Assembly: GCA_014859265.1 (NCBI GenBank)
Contig: JACUUN010000003.1
Span: 836 to 64,835 of the forward strand
DNA from: Coriobacteriia bacterium
GTDB lineage: Bacteria > Actinomycetota > Coriobacteriia > Anaerosomatales > SLCP01
DNA length: 64,000 nt
Direction of reading: 5' to 3'
Below the pieces are notes generated by a model, which worked only from the letters and a program-made list of their open reading frames with translations, ran no database searches and was not told where the DNA came from. Positions 50,309 through 59,452 of this stretch are shown here, one piece after another (the first letter of the stretch is position 1; each line of letters opens with the position of its first letter). A program made the translations under genes and the position numbers.

Positions 50309-50815
50309 CTACTCGCCGACGTCCTCTGCTGCGCTCTTGTACTCCTCGCGGTGCTCTTTCTCGAAGCCGCGTACGGAGCGGAAGTAGAACGCGATGTCGG
50401 TGAAGCCCTCCTCCTCGGCGGTGGCGGCGAACTCCGGATACATGCTCTCGTACTCGTAGTCCTCTCCGGCAATCGCCTTGCCGAGGTTCTCCTTAGTCGA
50501 GCCGAACCCTCCCATGTAGGCCAGGTGTCCGAGAGCGTGAGCCGTCTCCTCCTCCCGCGCTCGGTCGAAGGCCGCCGTTGCCTCGGGGCGTCCTTCCAGC
50601 TCGGCGATTCGAGAGAACAGGGTATACATGCGGTTCGCCTGCGACTCGCCAGCGAACGCCGCCTTCAGGTTCTCGAGAGTCTTAGTCCCCGCAAGATCGC
50701 CAGGACCGCCGTACTCCACGAACATCTGCTTCGATGCGCCACAGACAGGGCAGCGATCGGGGGCCGGACCGACGTGGAAGTACCCACATGACCTGCAGCG
50801 AAGCTTCTCTACCAT
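50309..50815 (-). CDS. reverse rubrerythrin (N-terminal rubredoxin-like CxxC...CxxC, C-terminal ferritin-like diiron domain)
   Basis: MVEKLRCRSCGYFHVGPAPDRCPVCGASK, then ENLKAAFAGESQANRMY, EETAHALGH, AGEDYE. ATG after GAGAGGAG. Confidence 0.88.
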   Translation of the reverse strand: MVEKLRCRSCGYFHVGPAPDRCPVCGASKQMFVEYGGPGDLAGTKTLENLKAAFAGESQANRMYTLFSRIAELEGRPEATAAFDRAREEETAHALGHLAYMGGFGSTKENLGKAIAGEDYEYESMYPEFAATAEEEGFTDIAFYFRSVRGFEKEHREEYKSAAEDVGE

Positions 50816-51100
50816 CACGCACTCCTCTCGAGGGCCGTGCCCCTCAAACGAACGGTGCCGTACCGAGATATTTGCCCAAATCTTCGCCGATGACACGGCG
50901 CGGGTATGAGTCGTCTCACTCTCGTTATGGAGCACCATGTCACCGTGTTCAGCGATGCCGATGGAAACTCTCCCGCCGACGTCTGGAATGCGGTCACGGT
51001 CCAGAGCGATGATCGCATTCCGCCACGCGAGTCGGCCGAAGAGGTGCGGGACGCGAGGCGCTCTCGCACAGCGTAAACGGAAATCTTACCGGCACGGTAT

Positions 51101-52408
51101 CTAGTCGAGATCGTTCGGCTCGGGCATCGTCTCGGACCGGGGGATGTCGAGATTGGGCGGCTTGATGCCAACCTCCATCTCCACCTCGATGAGCGCGTCG
51201 CCCCTCCAGATCTCAAGCGCGACGCGCTCCCCGATCCGGTGGCGCCGTACCTGCAGGAGCAGGTCGTCCATCGAGCGGATGGGCGTGTCATTGAGGGAGA
51301 CGATCACGTCACCGGTCACGATGCCGGCTGCCTCGGCTTTGGTGCCTTCGATCGGCTCGACGACGTACGCCCCTTCGTCGACGCCGATGCCCTCCGCCGC
51401 TGCGAACTCAGGCGTGACGTCCTGGCCGATGATGCCGAGGAACGGATGTTGTGCCGAGCCGGACTCGATGAGCTGGTCGGCGATGCGGATTGCAGTGTTG
51501 ACCGGGACAGCGAAGCCGATGCCGCCGCTCGCCCCGGTGTCCGAGTAGATTGCGGTGTTGACGCCGATGAGCCGCCCGACACGGTCCACGAGCGCCCCGC
51601 CGGAGTTGCCGGGGTTGACGGCCGCATCCGTCTGGATGACGTCGACAAGCGGGTAGACGTTTCGCTGCCGACCCGTGCCGCCCGGCAGCGAGCGGCCGAT
51701 GGCCGAGATCACGCCGGACGTCACCGAGTGCGAGAGACCGAAGGGCGAGCCGATGGCCGTGGCCGACTGGCCGACCTCGATCTCGTCGGAGTCACCGAGC
51801 TCGATGAGTGGGAGGGTGGCGTCGATCTTCACGACGGCGATGTCGGTCTCGGCGTCCGCACCGATCAATTCGCCGCGCCGACGCTCACGGTTAGTCCCCG
51901 TTACGTAGATCTCCTCGGCGTTCTCAACGACGTGCGTGTTGGTGAGGATGTATGTGCCGCCGTCATCGGTCGAGCGGAACGCTACACCCGAACCATTGCC
52001 CCGCAGCGGGACGCCCGGATGGTTCTCGGGAAGACTACCCGATTCATCCGGCGTGACCTCGGATGCCGAGACGTCGATGTTGACCACGCTCGGCAGCGCG
52101 GCGGCTGCGGCGGCAACGACGGGCTCATCTGTCTCGGGTGGAACGACCTTGACGGTGGTCGTGCTGTCACCGCGGGTGTGGGTCGCGAGCCACGCGCCCG
52201 CGAAGCCGCCAAAGCCGCCGGCGATGGCGCCCGCGAAGAGTGCGACTGCAAGGGCGATTGCGACGACCGCGCCCGCGGACAGGCCACGTTGCGGCTCGGG
52301 CGTGCTCTCGGGCGGGGCGACAGGCGGCACCGTCTCCACCGGCGCGGCGACCGGCACTGGCTCTTGTGGCGCAGGCGGTGTCGGGGACTCGGGGTACTCA
52401 GAGTTCAT
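51101..52408 (-). CDS. htrA: S1C family serine protease (HtrA/DegP-like) with a C-terminal PDZ domain
   Basis: Pro-rich N-terminus and TM anchor. Trypsin-like motifs TNTHVV, DIAVVK, GNSGGALVD. PDZ motif GIVTGDVIVSLND. ATG at 52408 after GAGGTGG. Confidence 0.88.
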   Translation of the reverse strand: MNSEYPESPTPPAPQEPVPVAAPVETVPPVAPPESTPEPQRGLSAGAVVAIALAVALFAGAIAGGFGGFAGAWLATHTRGDSTTTVKVVPPETDEPVVAAAAAALPSVVNIDVSASEVTPDESGSLPENHPGVPLRGNGSGVAFRSTDDGGTYILTNTHVVENAEEIYVTGTNRERRRGELIGADAETDIAVVKIDATLPLIELGDSDEIEVGQSATAIGSPFGLSHSVTSGVISAIGRSLPGGTGRQRNVYPLVDVIQTDAAVNPGNSGGALVDRVGRLIGVNTAIYSDTGASGGIGFAVPVNTAIRIADQLIESGSAQHPFLGIIGQDVTPEFAAAEGIGVDEGAYVVEPIEGTKAEAAGIVTGDVIVSLNDTPIRSMDDLLLQVRRHRIGERVALEIWRGDALIEVEMEVGIKPPNLDIPRSETMPEPNDLD

Positions 52409-52560
52409 GGTCCACCTCGGTGAGTCTGCCCTCAAGGGGGCGTTCGTATCGCTGTATGTCGCTTGATGCACTGCACATTGTATTCCCTGGACACCATCTG
52501 GGTCGCCGGTGTGGGAAACTGCATGAAAGAATCACAGCCGGGTATCGCGGAAGAGGTGTC

Positions 52561-54054
52561 ATGACCAAAGGTCGAGACGAGGCAGCGGCGCCTGCATGCG
52601 TCGCGCACACTGCCGACGAGCGAATCGTCCTGCTGACGCTCGTTGCCGGCACCTTCCTCGCTCCACTCGACTCGAGCATCGTCAACATCGCTCTGCCGGC
52701 GATCGCGGCAGACTTCGGCGCGCGCATCGCCGCCGCCGGTTGGGTCGCAACCGCCTACGTGCTCACAACAGCCTCCCTGGTCCTTACGATGGGCCGGTTG
52801 AGTGACATCCTCGGTCTGCGCAGGATCTACGTCACGGGGTTCCTTGTGTTCGGGACGGGTTCCGCCGCCTGCGCGCTCGCGCCTGCGCTCGGGTGGCTCA
52901 TCGCGGCGCGCGTCCTGCAGGCCATCGGAGCTGCGGCGATGTTCGCGGCCGGGCCCGCGCTCGTCACGCGTACATTCGCGCCCCGACGCAGGGGCTGGGC
53001 GCTCGGGTGGATCAGCCTCTCGGTCTCGGCAGGCCTCACGCTCGGCCCGGCGACCGGCGGTCTTCTCGTGGGCGCCTTTGGCTGGCAGGCGGTCTTTCTC
53101 ATCAACATCCCGCTCGCGCTCATCATGGCGGTACTCGCGCGTCGGCTTCTGCCCGAGGACTGCACGCAGTCCGAGCCGTTCGACCTGACGGGTGCCGTGC
53201 TCGCCGCGGTCACGCTCACATCGCTCCTCCTCTCGCTCTCCGAGATCGACCGGTCGGGCATCACGTCCCCGAATGTCCCCGGCGCCCTGGTGGTGTCGAT
53301 CGCTGCCGCCATCGCGTTCGTCTACGTCGAGCAGTCGAAGGCGCACCCGATGCTGGATCTCTCCCTCTTCTCGAAGCGCGGACTCTCAGCTGGAGTCATC
53401 GCCGCTGCCTGCAGCTACGCGAGCTTGTTCGCGGTGACGTTCACGATGCCCTTCTACCTGCTGCGGGTGCGCGGCATCGACGCGCAGTTCGCCGGTCTCA
53501 TCCTGACGGCGACCCCCATCAGCATGGCGATCTTCTCTCCGCTCGCCGGTCGACTTTCGGACCGATGGGGAAGCCGCGGCCTGTCGACCTTCGGACTCGG
53601 GTGGCTCGCGATGTCGCTGGTCGCGGCGACACGGCTGGGCGTGGATACCCCACCGGTGTACGTCGCGCTCACGCTCTTCAGCGTCGGATCTGGCCTCTCC
53701 GTCTTCCAGGCACCCAACACCGCCGCCATCCTGCGCGCTGTGCCCCCCGGCCGCGCCGGCGTGGGCTCGGCTCTCGTCGGCCAGGCGCGCAACCTCGGCA
53801 TGGCGCTCGGCATCGGCACCACGGCAGCGATCGTCTCGGTGAACCTGCGCGGCGAGGACATCATGGCCATCGCCGGTGCGCTCACGCGTGAGCAGGCAGA
53901 GTTCTTCGTCGCGGCGATGCGTCCGGCACTCCTGACAGCGTCCGCCGTGGCGCTCGCGGGCGCGGCATCCTCTTGGGCCCGGGGCCGAGACGAGTTGGAA
54001 GATCAGGCGGTCGACGCGCGTACACGCCCTCGCGTAGACTCGCCTGGAGAGTGA
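52561..54054 (+). CDS. MFS transporter, DHA2 (EmrB/QacA, 14-TMS) family
   Basis: LAPLDSSIVNIALPAI, GRLSDILGLRRIY (motif A), about 14 hydrophobic segments. ATG at 52561 after GAAGAGGTG. Confidence 0.88.
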   Translation: MTKGRDEAAAPACVAHTADERIVLLTLVAGTFLAPLDSSIVNIALPAIAADFGARIAAAGWVATAYVLTTASLVLTMGRLSDILGLRRIYVTGFLVFGTGSAACALAPALGWLIAARVLQAIGAAAMFAAGPALVTRTFAPRRRGWALGWISLSVSAGLTLGPATGGLLVGAFGWQAVFLINIPLALIMAVLARRLLPEDCTQSEPFDLTGAVLAAVTLTSLLLSLSEIDRSGITSPNVPGALVVSIAAAIAFVYVEQSKAHPMLDLSLFSKRGLSAGVIAAACSYASLFAVTFTMPFYLLRVRGIDAQFAGLILTATPISMAIFSPLAGRLSDRWGSRGLSTFGLGWLAMSLVAATRLGVDTPPVYVALTLFSVGSGLSVFQAPNTAAILRAVPPGRAGVGSALVGQARNLGMALGIGTTAAIVSVNLRGEDIMAIAGALTREQAEFFVAAMRPALLTASAVALAGAASSWARGRDELEDQAVDARTRPRVDSPGE

Positions 54055-54061
54055 ACCGGGG

Positions 54062-54496
54062 GTGAGCAGTGTGGACGTCGAGGAGAGCCAGTCGACCACA
54101 GTAGCACCGGCCGGAGAGCCCGCGCCCCGCGAGCAGGCGCCCTGCCGTCCGAGGAGCTACCTGCCGGGATGGCCGTTCCTGCTCTACCTGATGGTGTGGG
54201 CGGGCATGGCGGCTGCGACCGTCGTGCTGCTGACAGGTCCCGACTCTGCGGCAGTGCCCGTGGACGACCTCTCGTACCCGACGCTGCTGCTCGTCGGCCT
54301 CACGCTTGCGGCGTGCGGGCCGGTGCTCTCGCTGACGGTATGGCTCGTTGCCCGGGCGCAGGCTGCTCCGGAATGCCGCGGGGGGTTGCTGACAACCGCG
54401 CTCGTACGCGGCTCCTCGGCGACGCTCTTCGGTGTGGTCGCATGGTGGGCGGCGCTCCTCCTAGTCGATGCGCTGCGCCTCGGAATGGTTCGCTAG
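54062..54496 (+). CDS. hypothetical membrane protein
   Basis: 144 aa, hydrophilic N-terminus followed by four hydrophobic helices. No recognisable family. Confidence 0.5.
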   Translation: MSSVDVEESQSTTVAPAGEPAPREQAPCRPRSYLPGWPFLLYLMVWAGMAAATVVLLTGPDSAAVPVDDLSYPTLLLVGLTLAACGPVLSLTVWLVARAQAAPECRGGLLTTALVRGSSATLFGVVAWWAALLLVDALRLGMVR

Positions 54497-54521
54497 ATAC
54501 AGAAGAACGGAAGGAATCGCG

Positions 54522-55463
54522 GTGACCGACACAGATCGCACGCTCCGGGTCGCGGTGCTCATGGGCGGCCGCTCCGCCGAACGCGAGGTCTCGCTGAACA
54601 CCGGTGCGCAGGTGGCCGAGGCGCTCGGTACCGCGGGGCACGACGTGGTACGCATCGATTCGGGGGGGCAGGGGTTCATCGGCAAGCTCGAAGAGGCGCG
54701 CCTGGACGTCGTGTTCATCTGCCTGCACGGCCGCTTCGGTGAGGACGGCACCGTCCAGGGGCTGCTCGAGCTGCTAGAACTGCCCTACGTCGGGTCGGGC
54801 GTGCTCGCGAGCGCGCTTGCGATGGACAAGGTCATGTCGAAGCATTTCTTCGCGCAAGAGAACATCCCCACACCGGCCTACGTGCACGTGCGCAGGGGAG
54901 AGCCCGTGGACTACGACGAGGTCACCCGGGTGCTCGGCACAAAGACCGTGGTCAAGCCGGCCAACGAGGGCTCGGCCATCGGCGTGACGATCGCGCATGA
55001 GCCGGGCGAGCTGCCAGCCGCGCTCGAGGAGGCCTTCCACTTCGACGACAGTGTGCTGATCGAGCAGTTCGTCGCTGGCGTCGAGGTGACGGTAGGCGTC
55101 ATCGGCAACGACGACCCGATTGCGCTGCCGACGCTTGAGATCGTGCCCGAGCACGAGTTCTATGACTACGAGAGCAAGTACGTTCCCGGTATGAGCAGGC
55201 ACATCATCCCCGCCCGCGTCAGTGAGGAGGCCCGCATCGAGTGCCAGCGGCTCTCTTTAGAGGCGCACCGCGCGCTCGGGTGCCGGGGCATGTCGCGATC
55301 GGACACGATCGTCACGGCCGACGGCCGCATCGAGCTGCTCGAGGTCAACACGATTCCAGGCATGACTGCGACGAGCCTGCTTCCGGATGCGGCGCGCGCG
55401 GCAGGCATGGAGTTTCCGGAGCTGTGCGACCGGCTCGTACGGCTCGCGCTCGAGCCCCGGTAG
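54522..55463 (+). CDS. ddl: D-alanine--D-alanine ligase
   Basis: RVAVLMGGRSAEREVSL, HGRFGEDGTVQGLLE, VVKPANEGSAIGV, LEVNTIPGMT. GTG at 54522. Confidence 0.93.
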   Translation: MTDTDRTLRVAVLMGGRSAEREVSLNTGAQVAEALGTAGHDVVRIDSGGQGFIGKLEEARLDVVFICLHGRFGEDGTVQGLLELLELPYVGSGVLASALAMDKVMSKHFFAQENIPTPAYVHVRRGEPVDYDEVTRVLGTKTVVKPANEGSAIGVTIAHEPGELPAALEEAFHFDDSVLIEQFVAGVEVTVGVIGNDDPIALPTLEIVPEHEFYDYESKYVPGMSRHIIPARVSEEARIECQRLSLEAHRALGCRGMSRSDTIVTADGRIELLEVNTIPGMTATSLLPDAARAAGMEFPELCDRLVRLALEPR

Positions 55464-55472
55464 CGCCGCGCG

Positions 55473-56180
55473 TCAGGTGGCAGGAGCGGCCGGCAGCTCA
55501 ATCACGAACCTGGCCCCCCGCCCGACCCCCACTGCCTCTGCGTGCACCGAACCGCCGTGGGCTTCGACGATCGTGCGCACGATGTAGAGCCCGAGCCCGG
55601 TGCCCGGGCGTACGGTATCATCGTCTCCGAGCCGCTTGAAGCGCTTGAAGATTCGCTCGCGCTGGTCTTCCGGAATGCCGGGTCCTTCGTCCTCGACCGT
55701 GGTGAGGACAGCGTCGCCCTCGCAGCATACGGCTACCATGATGCGCCCGCCCTCCGGCGTGTAGGCGATGGCGTTGCCGAGGAGGTTGTCGAGCGCCTGG
55801 CGCAGGCGGGCGCCGTCGCCGAACACCTCGCCCGGGCACGCTGCGTCGACTTCCAGCCGGTGGGCCGAGGTGTCCCGGAGGGCGGTGACGCTCTCGGCGG
55901 CGAGGGCCGCCATGGATACGGACACGAGTTCTCGCGGCGCGAAGCAATCGCTGGCGCACGTAGCCGTCACCAGGTCGTCCAGCAGCGTCTCGATGCGCCC
56001 GATGGCGCGGCGCGACTCGGCGAGCGCCCGTGCGTGCGAGGCATCGTCGAGCGGGCGTCCGAGGATTTCGAGGTAGCCGGAGATCACCGTGAGCGGGCCC
56101 CTGATCTCGTGGGCGATGAGCTCGAAGACCCCATCTGCGTCCTCGGCCGGCCGCGCGCGCGGCGTGGGCTTCTTCACCAC
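55473..56180 (-). CDS. sensor-less cytoplasmic histidine kinase (HisKA plus HATPase_c only)
   Basis: H box LIAHEIRGPL, N box LLGNAIAYTP, G boxes EDEGPGI and GTGLGL. No TM or sensory domain. GTG start 3 nt after the ATPase stop with GGAGGGTGG upstream. Confidence 0.8.
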   Translation of the reverse strand: MVKKPTPRARPAEDADGVFELIAHEIRGPLTVISGYLEILGRPLDDASHARALAESRRAIGRIETLLDDLVTATCASDCFAPRELVSVSMAALAAESVTALRDTSAHRLEVDAACPGEVFGDGARLRQALDNLLGNAIAYTPEGGRIMVAVCCEGDAVLTTVEDEGPGIPEDQRERIFKRFKRLGDDDTVRPGTGLGLYIVRTIVEAHGGSVHAEAVGVGRGARFVIELPAAPAT

Positions 56181-56183
56181 GAG

Positions 56184-58871
56184 CTACCACCCTCCAGCCG
56201 TTGCCGGCTTGCGACGGGTACGCACCCGCCGCACCAGCTTGTCCGCCTCGACCACCCAGAACACGATCGTCGAGGCCCCAAGCGCGATGCCGAGCTCGAG
56301 CGGCGAGAGCGGAGCGGTCCGGAAGATCGGGTTGAGGAAGGGCACGTAGAGTGTAGCCATCTGGAGTGCCACGGTCAGGGCGAGCGCGCCGGTCATCGGA
56401 CGGTTCGAAAGCAGGCCCTGCGAGAAGACCGACTCGGTCTGCGAGCGGATGGCGAGCGCGTTGCCTAGCTGGCCGAGGCAGAGCACCGTGAAGACCATGC
56501 TCCTCCAGTTGTCGCTACCTGCCCCAAGCACCTCGATCGCGAAGGCCATCACTGCGAGGGAGACGCCGCCGAGCAGCAGCCCGACCCAGACCATCTGCGC
56601 CGCCATACCCTCGGCGAGAATGCTCTGCGCGGGTGGGCGGGGCGGGCGTCGCATGATGTCGCGATCGGCAGGCTCGGCTGCGTATGCGAGACCGGGGAGC
56701 CCGTCGGTGACGAGGTTGATCCAGAGGATATGTATCGGGAGGAGCGGGATTGGCAGGCCGAGGAAGGGCGCGAGCAGGATTGTGAAGATCTCCCCGGCAT
56801 TGCTCGTCATCGTGTAGCGGATAAACTTGCGGATGTTGTCGTAGATGCGGCGGCCCTCTTCAACGGCGCGCACGATGGTCGTGAAGTTGTCGTCGAGCAG
56901 GATCATCGACGCCGCCTCCTTGGCGACATCGGTCCCGGTCATGCCCATGGCCACGCCGATGTCGGCCTGCCTGAGGGCGGGAGCGTCGTTAACGCCGTCT
57001 CCAGTCATCGCCACGAACTGGCCCTTGTCCTGCAGCGCACGAACGATCTTGAGCTTCTGCTCGGGGGCGACACGCGCGTAGACGTGGGTGTCGAGCACGC
57101 GGGCCTCAAGGTCTTCGAGTGTCATCCGGTCCAGTTCGACGCCTGTCACGACCTCGGTCTCGCGTCGCGCGATACCGATGCGCCGCGCAATCGACATCGC
57201 GGTGGCCGGGTGGTCGCCGGTGATCATGACCGGCACGATGCCCGCGCTCCTGCAAAGCCCGACCGCCTCGGCAGCCTCTTCGCGAGGGGGGTCCATGAGG
57301 CCCACAAGTCCGAGGAAGGCAAGCTCCATCTCGGCCGAGGAGAGGTCGTCAGGCAGTGCGTCAAAGCGCCGCATCGCGTAGCCGAGGACGCGCAGGCCGT
57401 CCGCGGAGATCTCGTCGATGTCGACGTTCAGCTCCTCGGTGTCGACGGGCCCCGCGCCGTCCCCGCACAGCTGAGTGGCCGAGCGGGCGAGGACGGCTTC
57501 GGCTGCACCCTTGGTGAATGAGACGAACCCCCCATCGGGGTCCTCATGAAAGGTCGTCATCAGTTTGCGCTCGGAGTCGAAGGGCAGCTCGGCCACGCGC
57601 GGCCACGCACCCTCGACTTCGGCGCGGGTGAACCCCGCAGCGGCCGCAGCGGCGTAGAGGGCCGCCTCGGTCGGGTCGCCGAGCGGTTCTCCATCCGGGC
57701 CGGGGACGACGTCACTGCAGAGCGCCATCCCGCGCCAGAGCGTCTCCCACACGGGCCCCGAGACGCCGTCGGCGTGGGCGACCGTCTGCCCGTCAGCGAG
57801 GAAGCGCTCGGCTGTCATCCGGTTCACGGTCAGCGTGCCTGTCTTGTCGGTGCAGATGTAGGTCACCGAACCGAGGGTCTCGACCGCTGGCAACCTCCTG
57901 ACCAGCGCGTGCGTGTGCACCATACGGCGGGCGCCGAGAGCGAGCGTGATCGTGGCGACCGCTGGCAACGCCTCGGGCACCGCGGCCACCGCGAGGCTCA
58001 CTGCGGTGAGGAACATCAGCAACACGTCCTCGCCGCGGATGATACCGACCACGAAGACGATGGCGCAGAGCCCCAGTGCGGCCAGACCGAGTGCGCGCCC
58101 GAACCCGGCGAGCCGCTTCTGGAGGGGGGTTTTCCCGCCCTCAGTGCCGACGAGCAGGCCGGCGATGCGTCCGAGTTCGGTGTCGACACCCGTCTCCGCG
58201 ACCACGCCCTCGCCGCGACCGTGCACGACCTGCGTGCCGCGGTACGCCATGGAGAGCCGGTCGCCCAGTGGCGTGTCATCACCGGCAACAGCCTCGACCC
58301 GCTTCTCGACCGCCTCGGACTCGCCGGTGAGTGCGGCCTCGGCCACGCGCAGCTGTGCGCTTTCGATGATACGCAGATCCGCTGGGACGATACGCCCGGC
58401 TTCGAGAAGCACCACGTCACCGGGTACGAGGTCAGCCGCGGCGACGTCGAGGACCTCGCCGGCGCGCCGGACCGAAGCGCGCGTGGCCGCCATCTCTCGC
58501 AGCGCCTCCATCGCGCGCTCGGCACGGTACTCCTGTACCACCCCGATGACCGCGTTGAGCAGGACGATCACAATGATGGCGATAGTGTCGGTCACCTCGC
58601 CGAGCAGCCCTGAAACGACGGCCGCACCGATCAGGAGCAGGATGAGGAAGTCCTTGAACTGGTCGAGGACCATGTGACCGAGGGTCCGCTTTTCCCCCTC
58701 GGGCAGGACGTTAGCGCCGTGAGTCTCGAAGCGCGATGCGACCTCAGCCGCCGAGAGGCCGGTGCGGCCGGATCCGAGCACGCCGAGGGACTCGTCGGCG
58801 GGGATGGTGTGCCAGGGACGGGTGCGTGTGGCGGGCGTGCCGTCAGCGTGCGCTCGCGTGGGAGAGTCCAT
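56184..58871 (-). CDS. cation-translocating P-type ATPase (P2-type, Ca2+/SERCA-like)
   Basis: TGES, phosphorylation motif ICTDKTGTLT, MITGDH, hinge TGDGVNDAPAL, 10-TM pattern. Confidence 0.93.
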   Translation of the reverse strand: MDSPTRAHADGTPATRTRPWHTIPADESLGVLGSGRTGLSAAEVASRFETHGANVLPEGEKRTLGHMVLDQFKDFLILLLIGAAVVSGLLGEVTDTIAIIVIVLLNAVIGVVQEYRAERAMEALREMAATRASVRRAGEVLDVAAADLVPGDVVLLEAGRIVPADLRIIESAQLRVAEAALTGESEAVEKRVEAVAGDDTPLGDRLSMAYRGTQVVHGRGEGVVAETGVDTELGRIAGLLVGTEGGKTPLQKRLAGFGRALGLAALGLCAIVFVVGIIRGEDVLLMFLTAVSLAVAAVPEALPAVATITLALGARRMVHTHALVRRLPAVETLGSVTYICTDKTGTLTVNRMTAERFLADGQTVAHADGVSGPVWETLWRGMALCSDVVPGPDGEPLGDPTEAALYAAAAAAGFTRAEVEGAWPRVAELPFDSERKLMTTFHEDPDGGFVSFTKGAAEAVLARSATQLCGDGAGPVDTEELNVDIDEISADGLRVLGYAMRRFDALPDDLSSAEMELAFLGLVGLMDPPREEAAEAVGLCRSAGIVPVMITGDHPATAMSIARRIGIARRETEVVTGVELDRMTLEDLEARVLDTHVYARVAPEQKLKIVRALQDKGQFVAMTGDGVNDAPALRQADIGVAMGMTGTDVAKEAASMILLDDNFTTIVRAVEEGRRIYDNIRKFIRYTMTSNAGEIFTILLAPFLGLPIPLLPIHILWINLVTDGLPGLAYAAEPADRDIMRRPPRPPAQSILAEGMAAQMVWVGLLLGGVSLAVMAFAIEVLGAGSDNWRSMVFTVLCLGQLGNALAIRSQTESVFSQGLLSNRPMTGALALTVALQMATLYVPFLNPIFRTAPLSPLELGIALGASTIVFWVVEADKLVRRVRTRRKPATAGGW

Positions 58872-58996
58872 CAGTCCTCCAGCATCAGATTACGCGCGGT
58901 AGGGGTCGCGGCAAGCCCGCCGATGGCGGTCTCGCGAAGCGACGGGGCATGCTCGGCCGCTGCGTCGAGCAGGTCGGCGAACGAAGTGTGGGCCAT
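58871..58996 (-). CDS. candidate 41-aa leader/small protein translationally coupled to the P-type ATPase
   Basis: MAHTSFADLLDAAAEHAPSLRETAIGGLAATPTARNLMLED. ATG preceded by AAGGAGG at 8-nt spacing. Its stop overlaps the ATPase ATG (TGATG). No homology is recognisable by eye. Confidence 0.35.
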   Translation of the reverse strand: MAHTSFADLLDAAAEHAPSLRETAIGGLAATPTARNLMLED

Positions 58997-59081
58997 AGAG
59001 ACGGCCTCCTTTCTGACGAGCGGATTGTACCGCACAACGGATTGCCGTTCCCCCGTGTCCGCCACGGCTACCAAGGGGGTG

Positions 59082-59110
59082 TTGACATAGCTAGGCGTGG
59101 TGTGTAGCAT
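59082..59110 (+). promoter_or_regulatory. sigma-70-like promoter candidate for feoAB
   Basis: TTGACA (59082-59087), exactly 17 nt of spacer, then TAGCAT (59105-59110), about 60 nt upstream of the feoA ATG. Confidence 0.45.
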
Positions 59111-59124
59111 ACGTATTGGAAGAA

Positions 59125-59140
59125 CTTAGCACATACTAAG
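59125..59140 (+). promoter_or_regulatory. inverted repeat operator candidate between the feoA promoter and RBS
   Basis: CTTAG-cacata-CTAAG. The TTAG/CTAA half sites recall DtxR/IdeR-family iron boxes, but it is shorter than the 19-bp consensus. Confidence 0.3.
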
Positions 59141-59167
59141 GCCCACGTACGTACAGGAGGTCCCCCG

Positions 59168-59452
59168 ATGGCGCCGCGAGTCAGATACGACGATCTCACA
59201 ACCGATGAGGTCCAAGTCTTCACCCTGGACTGTCTGCGACGCGGCGACTCGTGTGAGGTGCTGGGCATCGGCGACGAGATGGCGCGGATCACCGCGTTGC
59301 GCTTCGGGATGTCAGAGGGCGCGCATGTCTCGTGTGTGACCAAGATTCCCGCTGGCCCCATCGTCGTACGCTCCGGCCGCCAGGAGATCGCTATCGGCCG
59401 CAATCTTGCGAAGCGCATCACGGTGCGCTCGGTTGCCGCGAAGGAGTCGTAG
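59168..59452 (+). CDS. feoA: ferrous iron transport protein A
   Basis: 94 aa, SH3-like FeoA pattern (LRRGDSCEVLGI...RFGMSEGAHV...GPIVVRSGRQEIAIGRNLA). AGGAGG RBS. Confidence 0.9.
   Translation: MAPRVRYDDLTTDEVQVFTLDCLRRGDSCEVLGIGDEMARITALRFGMSEGAHVSCVTKIPAGPIVVRSGRQEIAIGRNLAKRITVRSVAAKES

Noticed and set aside
50936-51076. 46-aa plus-strand ORF (MSTVFSDADGNSPADVWNAVTVQSDDRIPPRESAEEVRDARRSRTA) in the 285-bp spacer between htrA and the rubrerythrin gene.
   Set aside because: The composition is protein-like and GC3 is fairly high, with a weak GGAG 4 nt upstream. However, it is opposite to both flanking genes, has no recognisable family, and the region is more simply the rubrerythrin promoter and leader. 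Evidence is insufficient to call it.
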